Shown here: positions 12,973-27,195 of the stretch, in pieces | Position numbering within the stretch: position 1 is the first letter of the stretch | Layout: the number at the start of each line of letters is the position of its first letter | Origin: Callorhinchus milii | Taxonomy: Eukaryota | Direction: 5' to 3' | NCBI RefSeq assembly: GCF_018977255.1 | Contig: NW_024704743.1 | Location: 66,900,001-66,964,000 of the forward strand | Length of the DNA: 64,000 bases | Program-made: the position numbers and the translations under genes | Notes under the pieces: generated by a model | What the model saw: only the letters and a program-made list of their open reading frames with translations | Databases searched by the model: none | Told to the model about the DNA's origin: nothing

Positions 12973-14291
12973 TATACAACAAATAGAGGTAGTTATATTC
13001 ATTTCAGATGATTAATGTAGCCATTGTACATCTTCTGTGCAGAGGCTGGCCTCAAAATAATCTTTGCATTTGATCTAAAACATGTAATATCTAAACGCAT
13101 CAAACATCTCTACAGGTGATTACTGTCAAGTGATTTTTTTGTAGGCACACATAACAATCATTTGGTACACTACAATGACCCACAGAGCAAGTTGTGGATG
13201 ACCACTTTTCTGAAGTGTTGTTGGCAAGGATACCGGGAGAAACTCCCTTCCCTTTTCAGACGGTGCCTCCTATTTCCCTCCAGCCAACTCATTACTCATT
13301 GTATTCTCTGCCTGTGCACCATTTATGGTTTAACTCTGCACGTCACTGGTAACAAACCATTCACGTTGACCTTCTTCGTCTTGGATACTGTTTCACCTTC
13401 AATTTCTGATGTGTGTTTTGGATGCCCTCTGTACATGGGAAATCATCGTTTACCTTTACATTTTTATTTCAAGTTATACAACATTTTTCCAACTTTTTGC
13501 CAGTCCCTTTTCACTTCTGACACCCTATTGACAATGGCAACATCTTCTTCCCAGCCTCTGTTGGATACCACACTGTTCACTGGTCTTCAGGCTTGGCTCA
13601 GTTTGGAGCACTTTAAACTCTGAGTTAGAAGGTTGTGAATTCTTGGACCCATATTAGGACCTGCGCTTATTATCTAGGTTGACAGTCTCAGGAAAAACTG
13701 CATTGCTGGAGGTGTTGATTTTTCGAAAACACAAATTGAAATCACATTTGTCTGTTAAGGTGGACATCAAAGATTCCATAACACTTGATCCATGGTATTA
13801 CTTGGGAAGTGTAGGGAGTTTCTCCTGATATGCTGGCTAACAATCACCCTGTACGTGACAAAGTACAATATACCTACAAACTACCCAGACTACACTTCAT
13901 AACAAATCCTGTGTTTCCAGACATTCTCCTGACAGGAATGGCACTATATCAAATGCAAGGTTATTATTATCATGGTGAAGGGAGGAGCTGGGGAGTCTGG
14001 AAAGCAGGAATATTGGAATACGATACAATACAGTTACAATAATATAGTGCCTTTCATAGCTGAACGACATGAGGAAGAACTTTACACAGCTTGTTGGGCA
14101 CCTAAACCCAAGGGAGATGAAGGGGTAAGAGGGGAGGGAGGAAGTAATCCCAAAATAAACAGAATTGGGCACGAATGTCAATTACTACTTTAATTTAATA
14201 GTTATGTGTCATAAATATGTTTTGCTCATATTCTTAAGAGTTTGTGACATTGTCATTTTACAATTAACATATTTGAATTAACACCTACCTT

Positions 14292-15336
14292 GTGCCAGGG
14301 CTCTTCCTTGGTCCTCTCCTCTTCAATATCTATATGCTCCCGCTTGATGACATCATCTGCAGACATGGGGTCAACTTCCACATGTATGTGGATGACACCC
14401 AACTCTATCTCTCTGCCTCCACCTTTGACTCCAGGACCACTGCTGTCCTGACAGAATGTCTGTCAGACATCAAGTCCTGGATGAGAGCTAACTTTCTTCA
14501 GTCGAACGTCAACAAGACTGAGGTTCTCCTGATTGGCGCCCGTCAGTGCCTCCTCACCTCAGGCGCCGACAGCATCACCATCCATGGCTGCACATTCCAC
14601 CTCACTAAGCCAGTCTGGAACTTTGGGGTCTTGTTTGACCCTCAACTATCCTTTCTCTCCCACATCTACACCATGACCCGCGCTCTCCCACCTCCGCAAC
14701 GTCGCCCAGCTCCGCCACTGTCTTACACCGCAGGCCGCCGAAACCCTCATACACACCTTCATTACATCGAGGCTCGACTATGCAAACTCACTACTTGTCG
14801 GCCTCCCCAACTCCTCCCTCCACAGACTGCAGATCATCCAGAACTCTGCAGCCCGTGTCGGGGAGGGTGGAGGGCAGGGAGTGCCCAACTCCACTGACTT
14901 CCCATCACACAGAGGATACAGTTCAAGATCCTGGTCCTCACCTTCAAAGCCCTCCATGGGCTTGCTCCCCCCTACCTCTCCGACCACCTAACCCCCTACC
15001 ATCCTGCTCGCTCCCTCCGCTCAGTGGGCTCCGGTCTGCTTCACATTCCCCGCCTCGCTCACCCCATTATTGATGGGCGGGCCTTCTGCCACTCTGTCCC
15101 CACCTTCTGGATCTCCATCCTGCAGTTCCTCTGCTTCACCACCTCCCTTACCACCTTCAAGACCCATCTCAAGACTCTCCTCTTTTACCCTGCTTTCGAT
15201 CTCCCTGTATCCCCCCCTACCCTCCACCCTCCCCGACCTTGACCCCCAGCTCGGGTCTGTAACTCTGTCTGTCCAGCACCTTGGGACATCCTCCCAACTT
15301 GAAAGGCACTGTACAAATGTAATTTTGTTGTTGTTG
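14292..15336 (+). mobile_element. L2 LINE 3' ~1 kb (RT C-half to tail), frameshifted
   Basis: [53 protein letters not shown], followed by a (GTT)n tail. Confidence 0.95.
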
Positions 15337-18300
15337 TCACCACACAAAGGTCAAAAGGCTCATTTTCTGCCTTTTAAGATTCTGATTGTTACAACTAATC
15401 TTGGATCTACATTAGATGCTGAACAGAGTAGAGAAATAAAGTCAACACAATACTTTGAGGCAAGCTAAGGCACCAGGACAAGGGGACATAGACAAGTTAT
15501 GAAGGGAAATTTTATGATGGATGTCAGGAAGTAGCCCTTTACTCTGAGGGCAATCAACAACAACAACCTGCATGCATTGCATATGAGCTTATGTTCTTCT
15601 GCAGTGTAACCAGCTAAAGCAGCACAGCTTAGCATTGAGTACAGTGGCATTGTCTGGCAATGGGACATCCTCCCGACGTGAAAGACGTTCTATAAATGTA
15701 ATTTTGTTGTTGTTGTTGTGGCAAGCTTCCTGCCGCTTGTCCAGCTAGGACCACCTTAGCCATTAGGGTTTTGGCTTGCAGGAGCCAAATGGGAAGAATC
15801 TTTGCCGCAGTGCCTGGTCTGCCACTCCAAGTCCTGCTAAGCATCTAGGCTTATTTCCAAGGAGACCCCTGTTTACCTTACCCCTCCCCACCAGCACCAG
15901 TGTTTTGAAGGCAATAAGAGAAGGTACAAAGCAAAAGGATTTTGGAAGCGTTCCACAGTTATTGAAGGCTTGACAGCTGATGGATGGAATAGATCAGAAT
16001 TGAAAGAGCAAAGGGAATAGGCAAATAACCAACAATTGAAACAGATTACAACTTGCATTTATATAGCACCTTTCACATGGGGAGGATTTCCTAAGGCACT
16101 GGCACTGGCAATGGTTTGCACCTCAGCTGGTGGTTGGAGTCAAGAGTGGCGAAGGGCAAAGGAGGGTGGAGGTGGGAGGATGACCTCAGGCACGGTCAAA
16201 GAAGAAGGGTCTTGAGAAGAGTCTTGAAGGAGGCAAGGGAGAGTGCACAAGCCTGGTCAGTGAACTCATTTAAGAAATAGATTGATCAAGGAACGGGAAG
16301 AAGGTTGGGTGGTATTCTGGAAAGATGAGATCAAAGATCACCTCTTGGACTCATACTTACCTTCTGAGTGGCTTAACTTCCCATTGGCAGAGAATGAGTA
16401 AACAGTACCAGTGGGTGAGATAGCATCAGCTACAGATGGGTCAAAGGACTTCCTGTGTTGTATGTAAAATTCTGTGATTCTGTTTAGAAAACAAATTCAT
16501 AAAAAGACTGAGCATTCAAAAAACCTCCACCAATATTTGAAACATTTTGCTCAAAATATTTATTGAAAATATAAAGATTACCAAATGTGTTTGAATATTG
16601 AAAGTGAAGGAAAGAATAGCTGAGAGGTATTAGACACAGCACTAGCTGAAATCTCCAAATTGTTACTGCTGCTGCATGCAGAAAAGGAAGCAGTAAATTT
16701 TGCAGCAAGGAAGTTTGATGTTTATACTAAATACTTTCAAGTCTTTATTATAAATCACCACAAAATAAATTCAGGGTGAATTAAAATCATGCTGGAGTCT
16801 AATTTGCGGGATTTGTAAATAACTTTCTGGAACGTCTTTGACATTGAACTGAAGTTGGACTTGAGATCCAGATGAGTTGGCCCGTGAGACACAGAAACAG
16901 AAAACATAGATATTTTCCACTCTTAAGGGAGTCATTTGGTCCCATGGTGCTAGTGCCACTGGTGTCTGTTTTCTAAATTACCATTTTTAAATGAATCCCA
17001 TTTTCCAAATCTTTCCCACTCTCCCTTAATATTTGTTTTAATATCCAGAAACTCACTAGCAATAATTTAATAATCCTTGCATTTAATATAACGAGTTTCA
17101 ACTTTTGAATAGTGCCAGGGGATCTTTGGTATTCATCTGAACAGACAGCTGAGACCACGGCGCAATGTCTCATCCGAAGGATGGATTTATTTTGACAAAT
17201 CCTTTTGCAAATGTCAGATTTTAAATCTGATGCTGGCACATCAAAGTGGAAGGCCATTTGAGAATGAGCCTAGGTTGGTGAAAGCTGTTAGTACAAGCCT
17301 TAGTCAAGACACCCATTTGAAGAGGATAAGTTAGGGAAACTGTCAGGGGATGGACAAGTTGATGAAGGAAATCACATGGGAGCCATAATGAGAGACCCTC
17401 TGATTTGGCACATTGTAATGGAGACTGGAGCAAACTTAGTTTTATCGAAGGAAACCAGTGCAGGAAGTTAGTGATGGAAAGTCTGGAGCAGAAGGCTATC
17501 ATCAGAGAAAGGCTAAAGCAGGAAACAGTAAGTGCTCCACACTTTCACATTTCATTCTTTCAAAACTAAAACTATTTAAACTAAGTCTTTATGTTCAGCC
17601 AGAACATAAATCTCTTGAGACACACGCATTAGTGAGAGGATACCTTCATTCTCCAAAGATGTAAACCCAAATCCCAGAGGAACCATTTGAAGCACATGCT
17701 CAATTCTGCTTTAAGCGAGCCACCCATTAACTAGAAAAGCTTCTGTTTATTACACCAGTGTCATTTTTGTTAACAGTGGATACTCAGTTACTAATTACAT
17801 GTTTTCCAGTCTCAAGTAGTTTGTTCATTCAACTAAATTGATAGTCTTTCATACAATTGAACAATATTTTGAGATTTACTGTCATTTCGCCTACATATAC
17901 TTGTGAATCCTGATGTGAAAGGCACTATATCAAATACAAGGATTATTAATATTTATTTATGTGAAATAAACGTCAAATTTATAGTACATATTTCTTGATA
18001 GGATTCCTTAAGAAGCAATTTTGTTGGAATTATCATCAACCTGCTGAAACTGTACTCCTCTGGGTGTGGATCCCATCAGAGCAGCGATCCCACAGGTCGA
18101 TGTGGGCTGCATCTGTTTACCAGAAGAGTCTCCGTTTGCACGACCAGAATTACTTAGCCCGTTAGGAATTACCGCAAATTAGATATAAAATCAGAAACAA
18201 TGCATGTGGTTAGTAAATCCATCACCACTTGGAAAGAAAAAGACAGATTCATGGTTTAGATATGGTCTTTTTTCAGAGATGGTATAACTAGGCTAGAGAG

Positions 18301-18609
18301 GTGTGCAACATGGGATTGAGAAAGCAGACTCAGAACAATACATTCAGATGCACCAAGGCAGTAAATCATGGGGACATTGATTTAGAGTTGCAAAGAGCAA
18401 TTTTGTGACAGGTACCAGGAAGTTTTTTCTTTACTCAGAGAATAATTAACGACTGGAAAAGTTTACTAAGAGGCTTGGATGCTCGACTCATTTAAAGAGC
18501 AACTGGATGCTGTGAGGAGAGATCAATTTGTCTAGGGTGGTGTTCTGGAAGGATAAGATCAGATGTGAATTAAAACATATAGTAGAAATAAGATTAGTTT
18601 ACTGAATTC

Positions 18610-18722
18610 TGGAAATCTGCATTAAAAGCAGAAATTATAGAAATGTACAGCAACTAATTCAGCATTGATTGGGGAAGATGGGTTAACATTTTCAATGTTA
18701 TCAGAACTTCATCAGAACTGGA
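18610..18722 (-). mobile_element. Penelope-like element terminal remnant
   Basis: Resembles the shark Penelope terminus (aaaacagaaaatgctgg...gttaacgtttc...ttcatcagaactgg) as I recall it. A clearer copy is at ~54352-54465. Confidence 0.5.
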
Positions 18723-19989
18723 TGATTGAGTTGGAAAAATGTTGACCGTTGCAGTTATTTGACCTTGGATCTTAACCCAAATAGTTGATGGTGTGGATGT
18801 TTGTACAATGTGCGGGACTTCAATGATATCATATAATAGGGTGGTAAAATAAAGGTTGGGGCCCATGATTGCCCTAATGTTGAGTTCCCAGTTTCAGCCA
18901 AGTTGGAGGAAGGGATACACTGAGCAAAGGTTACATCCCACCACCACGAGGGAGATACAATTGGTGTTTGAGTCGCCTCTGCTACATCTCTTAGCACAAG
19001 ACGGAAGAGCAACACTGGTGATTGAGTTGTTGCAAACTCATCTGGGACATGACATCTCCAAACAAAAGAGAGGGCAAAAAAGTACAGTGTAATACAAATT
19101 AAATTTAAAAATATGGATATAACATTAAAATGTACATTAACTTATCAGAAACGTCTCATAGACTGAGACACTGGACAGTGTTGAATCAGAGTTAGTGGAA
19201 AGAAAAGCTCAACTTATGAGAGTGCACTAAGCATCTATGATTAAGTGTTTATATGTAGGACTTTTATTTGTTCATGGTGTGAAAAGTTCTGGCAGCTGAT
19301 GGGGAAACTGCAGCTGGCAAAACCATGATTTAAAACAACAGGAAATGGCTCAAGTCTAAGAGCTGATACAAACTTTCCGAGCATCAAGGAAATCACTGTG
19401 ACATTCAAAAATCACATGCAAACTGGTCTCAGGCCTGTTTAAAAACATTCAAGGATAGGTGGGTTTATTTGGGTGAGTGTTGATAATGCGCTCTACCACA
19501 TAGTCTTTTCTTTTGCAATTCCTAAATCAGAAATCCAAGTGAGTAATCTTAACAGTAACCAGAAGTAGTTCACGCTGACCCAACGGGAACACCGTTCTGA
19601 AAGAATATTGCATCAGAGCGTAATTCCAATCAATTGATCTGACGTACTTCTGGTTTCCCTATAAGGAACCTCATTAGAAATTGCCACATATTGGGCCCCA
19701 TTAATATGTGACAAAGCAAACAGTAATCACACTTTACAGTATATTCTAAGAGGCGCTTTGAAACGTCCTTCCAACGTGAAAGGCACAACATCAAATTTAA
19801 GGATTATTATTTTTTTCTTCTCTAAACCTTGATATTGGTTTTCAAACATCAGGAAAGTAGTATCAGAATTATAACTTTGGTTGTTAACTTTGCCTTTTGT
19901 TTATCAAGAAAGTAATGTTTTGTCAAGAAGTGTTCATGACTACAATTTGGAAACAGTTTCAAGGAGTTTCTTAAATGAATTTACACAAA

Positions 19990-20480
19990 ACTGGTATCCA
20001 CACTATGAGAAGGATATACTGTAGCAGCACCGGTTCATGAGGATTTATACTGGGCTAGTAGGTTACTGCTTTCAGGATAGACTTGGATAGATTAGCCTAT
20101 TTTTACCTATGGATGTGTTTAAAATTATAAAAGGTATGTAGAATTAGATAAGGTTAACATAAATAGGCTGTTTCCACTGGTTGTGGAGTCCGTAACGAGG
20201 AGACACAAACATATGATACTGACTAGAGGATCTAAAAGAGAATTTAGGAGGAACTACTTCATGCAGAGGATAGTGAGATTGTGGAACTTGTTACCTAAAG
20301 TAGTGCTTAAATCAGATAGTGTTGAAACTTTCAAGAGGAAGCTAGACCTTCAGATGAGAGAGAGGGGAATAGAAATGCACAGGAGGGTGTAAAAAATTGG
20401 TGAAAGTTTGTGTGGAGTATAAACACTGGCACAAACTGGTTGGGCCAAGTGGCCTATTTCTGTGCTGTACATTCTTTGTA
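19990..20480 (+). mobile_element. CR1 3' fragment
   Basis: TRRHKH....RGSKREFRRNYFMQRIVRLWNLLP..FKRKLD, followed by the CR1 3' UTR gggccaagtggcctatttctgtgctgta. Confidence 0.85.
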
Positions 20481-20659
20481 GCGTTAATAACATTGTTTGG
20501 TCTCGGTTTTATTAGGTTTAGTTCTTTGTTGATTCTCACTTGTTAGCATTTGGTCTGTGAAAAACTGTAACAATAATCATGTTGGAAAATAATAATGTGG
20601 AAATATTATTAATATTAGCACAAGAACCACCAATAACTAAACTTAAACACTTAAAGACA

Positions 20660-22240
20660 ATGTATCCCTTATCTAAACAGGATGCTGTGCTATATTGCCA
20701 ATCAATTGAGTTCAGATCCCCAGAGCCATGCACAAGCTGTACAGTATTCTGGTCAGCCTGCACCTAGAGTACTGAATATTCTGGCTGTCATAGCACAAGA
20801 AGCCTGCCCAGATCTGAGATACAAAGAAGAACGTTGAGAATGATTCTCACTGCAAGAGGATTGAGCCATAAGCGATTCTTTGACAAGTTAGGGACAGCAG
20901 TCTCGAAAGAGACATTTCAGAGGGGCCTTAATAGAGGTATACAAGGTTCCCCAAACCTTGTCCTCCCCAATTAATTATCTACTTCTCTCTTTAAAGTTGT
21001 TATCAAATCAGCTTCCACCACCCTTTCAGGCAATGCATTCCGACCTGAACAACTTGTTGTGTGAAAATATTTCTCCTCACCTTCCCTCTGTTTCTTTCAA
21101 CAACTATTTTAAATCAGTGTCCTCGGGTTACCGACCCATCCACCAGGAAAATAGTTTCTCCCTTTTCATCCTATCAAATCCTCTCATAATTTTGAAAATT
21201 TCTATTAAGTCTCCTCTTTACCTTCTCTACTCCAATGAGTATAATCCTAGCTTCTCTAGCCTCTCCTGATAACTGAAGTGCCTCATCCCTGGTACCATCC
21301 TGGTAAATCTCCTTTGCACCCTCTCCAATGCCTTGACATCCTTCCTGAGGCCTAACCAGTGTTTTGTAGAGGTTCGTGATAACGTATTGACTTTTGTATT
21401 CTATACCCCTATTTATAAAGTCTAGTATTCCATATGCTTTTTTTAACAGCTTTATCTACCTGTTCTGCCACCTTCAAAGGTTTACTTATATGAACCCCGA
21501 GGTCTCTCTGTTCCTTAACACCCTTTAAGATTGTACCATCAGCTTATATTGCCTCTCCACATTCTAACTCCAAAATGCATCACTTTCCATTTCTCCACAT
21601 TACTTAATCTGCCTCATGTCTGCCCATCTATGTTCTCTTGCAGTCTGCTACTATCCTCGTCACCATTTACTACTTTTCCTAGCTTAGTATCATCTGCAAA
21701 CTTGGAAATTGTACTTCCTATACCCAAGTCCAGGTCATTTATATAGATCAAAAACAACAGTGGTCCCAATACCTACCCCTGGGGATACCACTGCACACTT
21801 CCCTCCAGTCAGAAAAACAACCGTTCACTACCACTCTCTGCTTTCTGTCTGCCAGTCAGTTCTGTATTCATGCTGTCACTGTCCCTTTAATATCATGGGC
21901 TTCTATTTTGCTTACGAGTCTCTTATGTGGCATTTTATCCAACGTCTTGATTGAGAAAGTAAATTTTGTATTGTTCTGAGACAGGAGAACAAGAGGAAAT
22001 TGCTTTAGGGTTGCAAAGAGCAATTTCTGGACAGACACCAAGAAATATTTCTTTACTGACAGGTAAATGATGATTGGAACACGCTACCAGAAAAGATGGT
22101 TGAGGATAGGCTGCTGGATTTCTTTAGAACAAAACAGCTTGATGCTGCTTTGGCAGTATGGTAGAATGGATTTTCTGGAAGGATGGGATTAAATCTGCCG
22201 AAGGGACTTCTTCATCTGAGCCTCTCCTGGGAATTCGTAA
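20660..22240. mobile_element. Nested CR1s: a minus-strand CR1 (~20950-21950) inside an older plus-strand CR1 (~20660-20946 and ~21950-22240)
   Basis: The plus-strand LY..LV..HLEY and LIEVYK pieces resume with RTRG.. and WNTLP after an antisense CR1 RT segment (FADDTKLG, RGDLIE motifs on the minus strand). Confidence 0.8.
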
Positions 22241-22329
22241 TCTGTTGGCATAATCTCCCCCAAATTCTGATCCTATTTATCTATATGTACTTGGTCGCTA
22301 AAATTAGCACAGGAATGATGGGCGGTTTT

Positions 22330-22699
22330 CGGGCGGGTCTGAGGGGGCAAGGCGGAGGAATTGAGGGAGAGTGTTCCAGAGTTTGGGGGCATAGTGGCTG
22401 AAAGCGCGACTTCAAATGGTGGGGCAGAGGATGCGAGGGACGAGCAGGAGGCTGGTGCCAGTCGAGCAGAGTCGCAGGGTGGTGGATTGGGGACTGAGGA
22501 GGTCGGAGAGGTAGGGAGGTACCAGAGAGCGAAGGGATTTGAACCAAAGTGTGAGTATCTTGAAGTCTATCCATTCAGTGATGGGGAGCCAGTGGAGCCT
22601 GGTCTGAACTGATGAGAGATGGGTACAGTGTTTGGTCCGGGTCAGTATGCAGGCGACAAAGTTCTGGTGGAGCTGGATCTTTTGAATAATGGATACCCA
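22330..22699 (-). mobile_element. L2 fragment
   Basis: IQLHQNFVACILTRTK...RLHWLPITEWIDFKIL on the minus strand. Confidence 0.85.
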
Positions 22700-25384
22700 G
22701 CTGACCAATAAAATAAATAAAAACAAATAGATAGTATTTTCCAAGGTAACCCTCAGCTTCATTTACTATTGCAAACCTAAGGGAATATTAGGTGCAACTT
22801 GAACAGTCAGCGATCAATATCTGGGAACACAGAAGTGTTCAGATGATTAGGATGAGTTATATACATGAACACTTTTCTAGGTACACAAAGAGCTTTGGGG
22901 GGAGAGGGAGGGAGTGGTTGAGCAAAAAAGATTATCTGAAGATGCTAGAAGCCTGGAAATGGAAGAATGCTACAGGGGCTGAGAAAGGAACTGCAGCTGA
23001 AAGGAGAACTGAAATTGAATAAAAGGGAAAGAAAACCGGAATGAGGCTGCTGAAGACTGAAATTGAGGAAGAATGATAATAAGGAACAAAGCAAAAGGAG
23101 ACATGTTACAAAGGTTTAACGGTATGCACTGAATAAAATAGTTTTCTGGTTCACATTAAATGCACTAACAAGTATTGCATGTTTTCTTCTAATATGTTTT
23201 CTTTACAAACCTTTTTCTTATTTCTCTATAAATTACTGATAAGTGCCATGGCTACAGTGCTGCAAGACCTTGCAGGATAACTTATGGCAGTGTACTAGTA
23301 GATAAGAGCTAACTATATAGAGATCTGTTGCTAGCTTCTAGTGCACTTCCAAAATATTGTACCATATATGCAGTAATTAAAGATGCTCACTTTATTCCTT
23401 ACAACATGTTTTTCTCTCGTTTTTTTCAGACAAAGAGGAATGATGAATTTTAACACCAGTTCTCTAAATTGGATCAAAGTAATATAATATGATCTCTTTC
23501 ATCAAAATGAAGATTAACTGATCACAAGAGCAGTTCAGTTTCTCTATAATCTGCTGAGCCCAGGATCCTAAGTGGAAAATTAAACAAATATTGTTGTTCT
23601 CTTTGCTTGCAAACTCTGCTGATCTATTCATTCATAGCTCAACATTCTCTTCATCACGGTTAGTTTATAGAAATTAAAATGTTATATATCCTAAGATTGT
23701 AATTGTCCAATTACTTTTATCCATAGGAAATTTTAAATTCTTCATATCCTCACTACATTAAAGAGTTAGTGGAATTGTATTCCATCGCTGATGAATCCTA
23801 GCTCAAGGGATTGAATGTCCAATTCTGTTTGTTTGAAATCCTGGGAGAAGGAACATTCCTTTTTGCTTTGGTGTCTAGGCTTAAAGTAGCTTGTAATTAA
23901 CTGTTTTGTATATCCTGGAGTGGCCACCATAATGCTTTGCATTTTGAAGATTGACGTGATCATCACCGGCAGGCATCTTCCTCATTAGAGTACATGGGGT
24001 TAGAAAGACAGAGGGAGTAAGGGAGGTAGGGAGGGAGGCAGAGATCTGCTGCTTACCTTCATATAGCTATTATGCCGGACATTGATGTGCACAAATTGGT
24101 AGCTGCATTTGCCCATAAATATGCAGTAACAGTTTGATGCTGCAATAGGAAGATGGTAGGGGAGGTATTCCCACAAGTGAAGTAAGGTGTTGCATCTATA
24201 CACATATCAATAGGTACATGTGTCTTGGTGAAAAGTATTTTGAAAGGTTTTTGAGGCACTTACTTCTGTTGCTGTGACTTCAGAAACATTATTTTCTTTG
24301 AGATGGGAAAGTTTTGTGCCGCTGCAATAGACCCGCTTGTTTTACGTGTAAGTCTGCTTATTGGTAATAATACTTGCATTGATATTATCCCTTATCACGT
24401 CAAAACATCTCAATTCTCTTAATCACTTTTCTTTTTATGGAACTGTTTTGTGGACAGATATGGCAGATTAACTACACCAGCAAGTTTGCACAAAATGGAA
24501 TAAAATCAAAGACCAATTAATCTGTTTTTCAGTGAATTTTGCAAAAGGGATGAATATACCTCCTCTTTAACATAGACTGTCTCGTTTCACTCACAAGATC
24601 TACAGTTAATTCCTTTCATAGTGTATTCTGTGAAGCGTTTCGAGATAGTCTCGAAGATGTGATAAAGCGCTATAGTAAATGCAACGATTATTATTATGTG
24701 TATTTCCGCGTGTGTCAGATAAATTTTATTGGAACACAGATGGCTGCTGACCAATAAAATAAATAAAAACAAACAAATAGATAGTATCTTCTAAGGTAAT
24801 CCTCAGCTTCAATTACAAGTGCAAACCCAGAGGAATATCAGATACAACTTGAACAGTCAGCGATCAACATCCTGGAACACACAACTGATTTGGATGATTA
24901 GGACAAATTATATACATGAACACTTTGCCAGGTACTAAAAGAGCTTTGGAGGGAAGGGGGGCGGGGGAGTGGCTGAGTGAAAAAGATTATCTGAAGATAC
25001 TAGAAGCCTAGAAGAATGCTCCAAGAGACAAGAAAGGAACTGCAGCTGAAATGAGAACTGAAATTGAATAAAAGGGAAAGAAAACTGGATTGAGGCTGCT
25101 GAAAACTGAAATTGAGAAAGAATGATATTAAGGAACAAAGCAAAAGGAGACATGTTACAATGGTTTAACAGAATGCACTGAATGAAATATTTTCCTGGTT
25201 CATATTAAATCCATTAACAAGTATTGCATGTTTTCTTCTAAGATGTTTTTTTTACTAAACCCTTGTTTCTCTATAAATTACTGATAAGTGCACAAGTGCT
25301 GCAAAACCTTGCAGAAGGATAATTCATGAGTTATGAGTAGAATGTACTGGCAGATAAGAGCTAACTATATAGAGATCTGTTGCT
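22700..25384. repeat. Direct duplication of ~635 bp of non-TE sequence (22700-23332 and 24746-25384)
   Basis: Both copies run from gctgaccaataaaataaataaaaacaaa to gataagagctaactatatagagatctgttgct and are colinear, roughly 85-90% identical by eye. Confidence 0.92.
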
Positions 25385-25769
25385 TTTAGCAATCTGTGAG
25401 GAGTCAGATAAGCTAAGTGAAGAATTGTACATTACAGCAGATTTAGCAGGTTCTATGAATCAAGTATTCAATGAAATCATACTAAAGTCAAAGTGAGAAA
25501 CTTCTACTCAAGTTCACATTCCCTGCTCCGCTGAATTTGTAACACAATAGAGTCTAATAGGGTGTCAGCCTTGTTCAGTTGATCGCACTCCCATCTCTGA
25601 GTCAGAAAATTGTAAGTTCAAGACCCACGTCAGGACTTTATAATAATAATAATAGACTAGGCTGACACTCCGAAATGGTACTTGGGGTACACTATCTTGT
25701 TCGCAATGCCAATGTCCTGTCCACCTGCTCAGGTGGGCATTAAAAGATACTTTTAATATCGTTAGATTT

Positions 25770-27186
25770 TTGACACGCGTAAAAACGGCCTTCTACTCCA
25801 ACATCATCTTGGAGGCTAAACACAACCCTAAAATCCTTTTTTCCACCACCCACTACCTCCTCAATGCCCCCCCCCTCAGGCCTCCTCAATCTTCAATGCC
25901 AAGTACGAGGAGGTCATGGGCTTCTTCTCTTCTAAAATACATAACATCCGCCAGGCAGCCTCATCCACCTGCCCCTTGTCACCCACCTCCACACCCTTTC
26001 TGTTCCCCTCACCCTCCCCATCATCTGCTCCTACCACCACCCCCATCCTACATTCCTTCCTCCCCATCTCTCCCTCCTCCCTCTCACCCACCATCACCTC
26101 CATGAAATCCACCACCTGCTGCCTCGACCCCCTCCCCACCAAGTTACTGGTCACCCAGCTCCCCCTCCTCTGCCCACTACTGGCTGATGTCATCTTTCTG
26201 ATCTACATGCTCCCTCTTGGGGATTCATTCGCAGATATGGGGTACATTTCCACAGGTATGTAGATGACACCCAACTCTATTTTTCCACCTCACTTTGCAA
26301 CCCCCAGTACCCTGATGTTCTGTCAGTCTGCCTGTCAGACCTCAGGGGCTGGATGAGCGCAAACGTCCTTCAGCTGAACGTTGACAAGACGGAACCCATA
26401 CTCTTTGGCTCTCGTAACCGTCTAAAATCTCAAGGTTTTCACCTCCTCCACCTACCCGACCTTCCCCTAAAACTCTCTGAACCTGTACGCAACCTAGGCG
26501 TGCAATTATCTTTCCTCCCCCACATCCAGTCCCTCACCAGCACCGCTTTCTTCCACCTCCGACGCATCGCCCGTCTCCGCCAATACATCACTCCAAAAGC
26601 CGCTGAAACCCTGGTCCATGTCTTTGTCACCTCTCGGCTGGACTATTCTAATGCCCTCCTCGCGGTCTCCCATCCACTACAAAATCCAGATTATTCAAAA
26701 CTCTGTCACCCACATTCTCATCCGTACCAAACTCCGTTCCCCAATTACCCCAGTTCTTGCCAGACTGCACTGGCTGCCTGTCCCAGAGAGGATTGACTTT
26801 GAGGTCCTCACCCTTGTCTTCAAATCCCTCCACTCCTCTACACATCCCTACCTCTCTGACCTCCTCTTTCCTCAAAACGGTGCCCCTTTCCTTCGTTCCT
26901 CCGGGTCTGGCCTCCTCCTTGTCCCCCGAGTCCTCCACTCCACCCTCAGCGGCCGTGCCTTCAGCCACTATGCTCCGAGGCTCTGGAACTCCCTTCCTCA
27001 TTCCCTTCGTCTCGCCCCCTCTCTTCCTATTTTCAGGTCTCTGCTGAAGACCTTTCTTTTTGACCGGGCCTTTGGTCACCTTCCTCCCCCTCCCCCTGGC
27101 TCGGTCCCAGGATCCGTCACTGTGAAGCGCTCTGAGACGCCATCTGGCGTGGAGGGCACTATATAAATCCAAGTTGTTGTTGTTGT
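25770..27186 (+). mobile_element. L2 LINE fragment with most of the RT core deleted
   Basis: KTAFYSNII..NPKILF and KSTTCCLDPLPTKLL..LLADVI jump directly to FLIYMLPLG, followed by LQLNVDKTE, SRLDYSNALL, LHWLPVPERIDF and a (GTT)n tail. Confidence 0.93.
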
Positions 27187-27195
27187 ACTTTATAC

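Noticed and set aside
13162..13623. 153-aa ORF
   Set aside because: Non-ATG start, no splice context, and it overlaps SINE and decayed L2-like remnants.
22700..25384. LTR retrotransposon (two LTRs plus internal region)
   Set aside because: No TG...CA termini, PBS, PPT, TSD or gag/pol remnants. Kept only as a local duplication.
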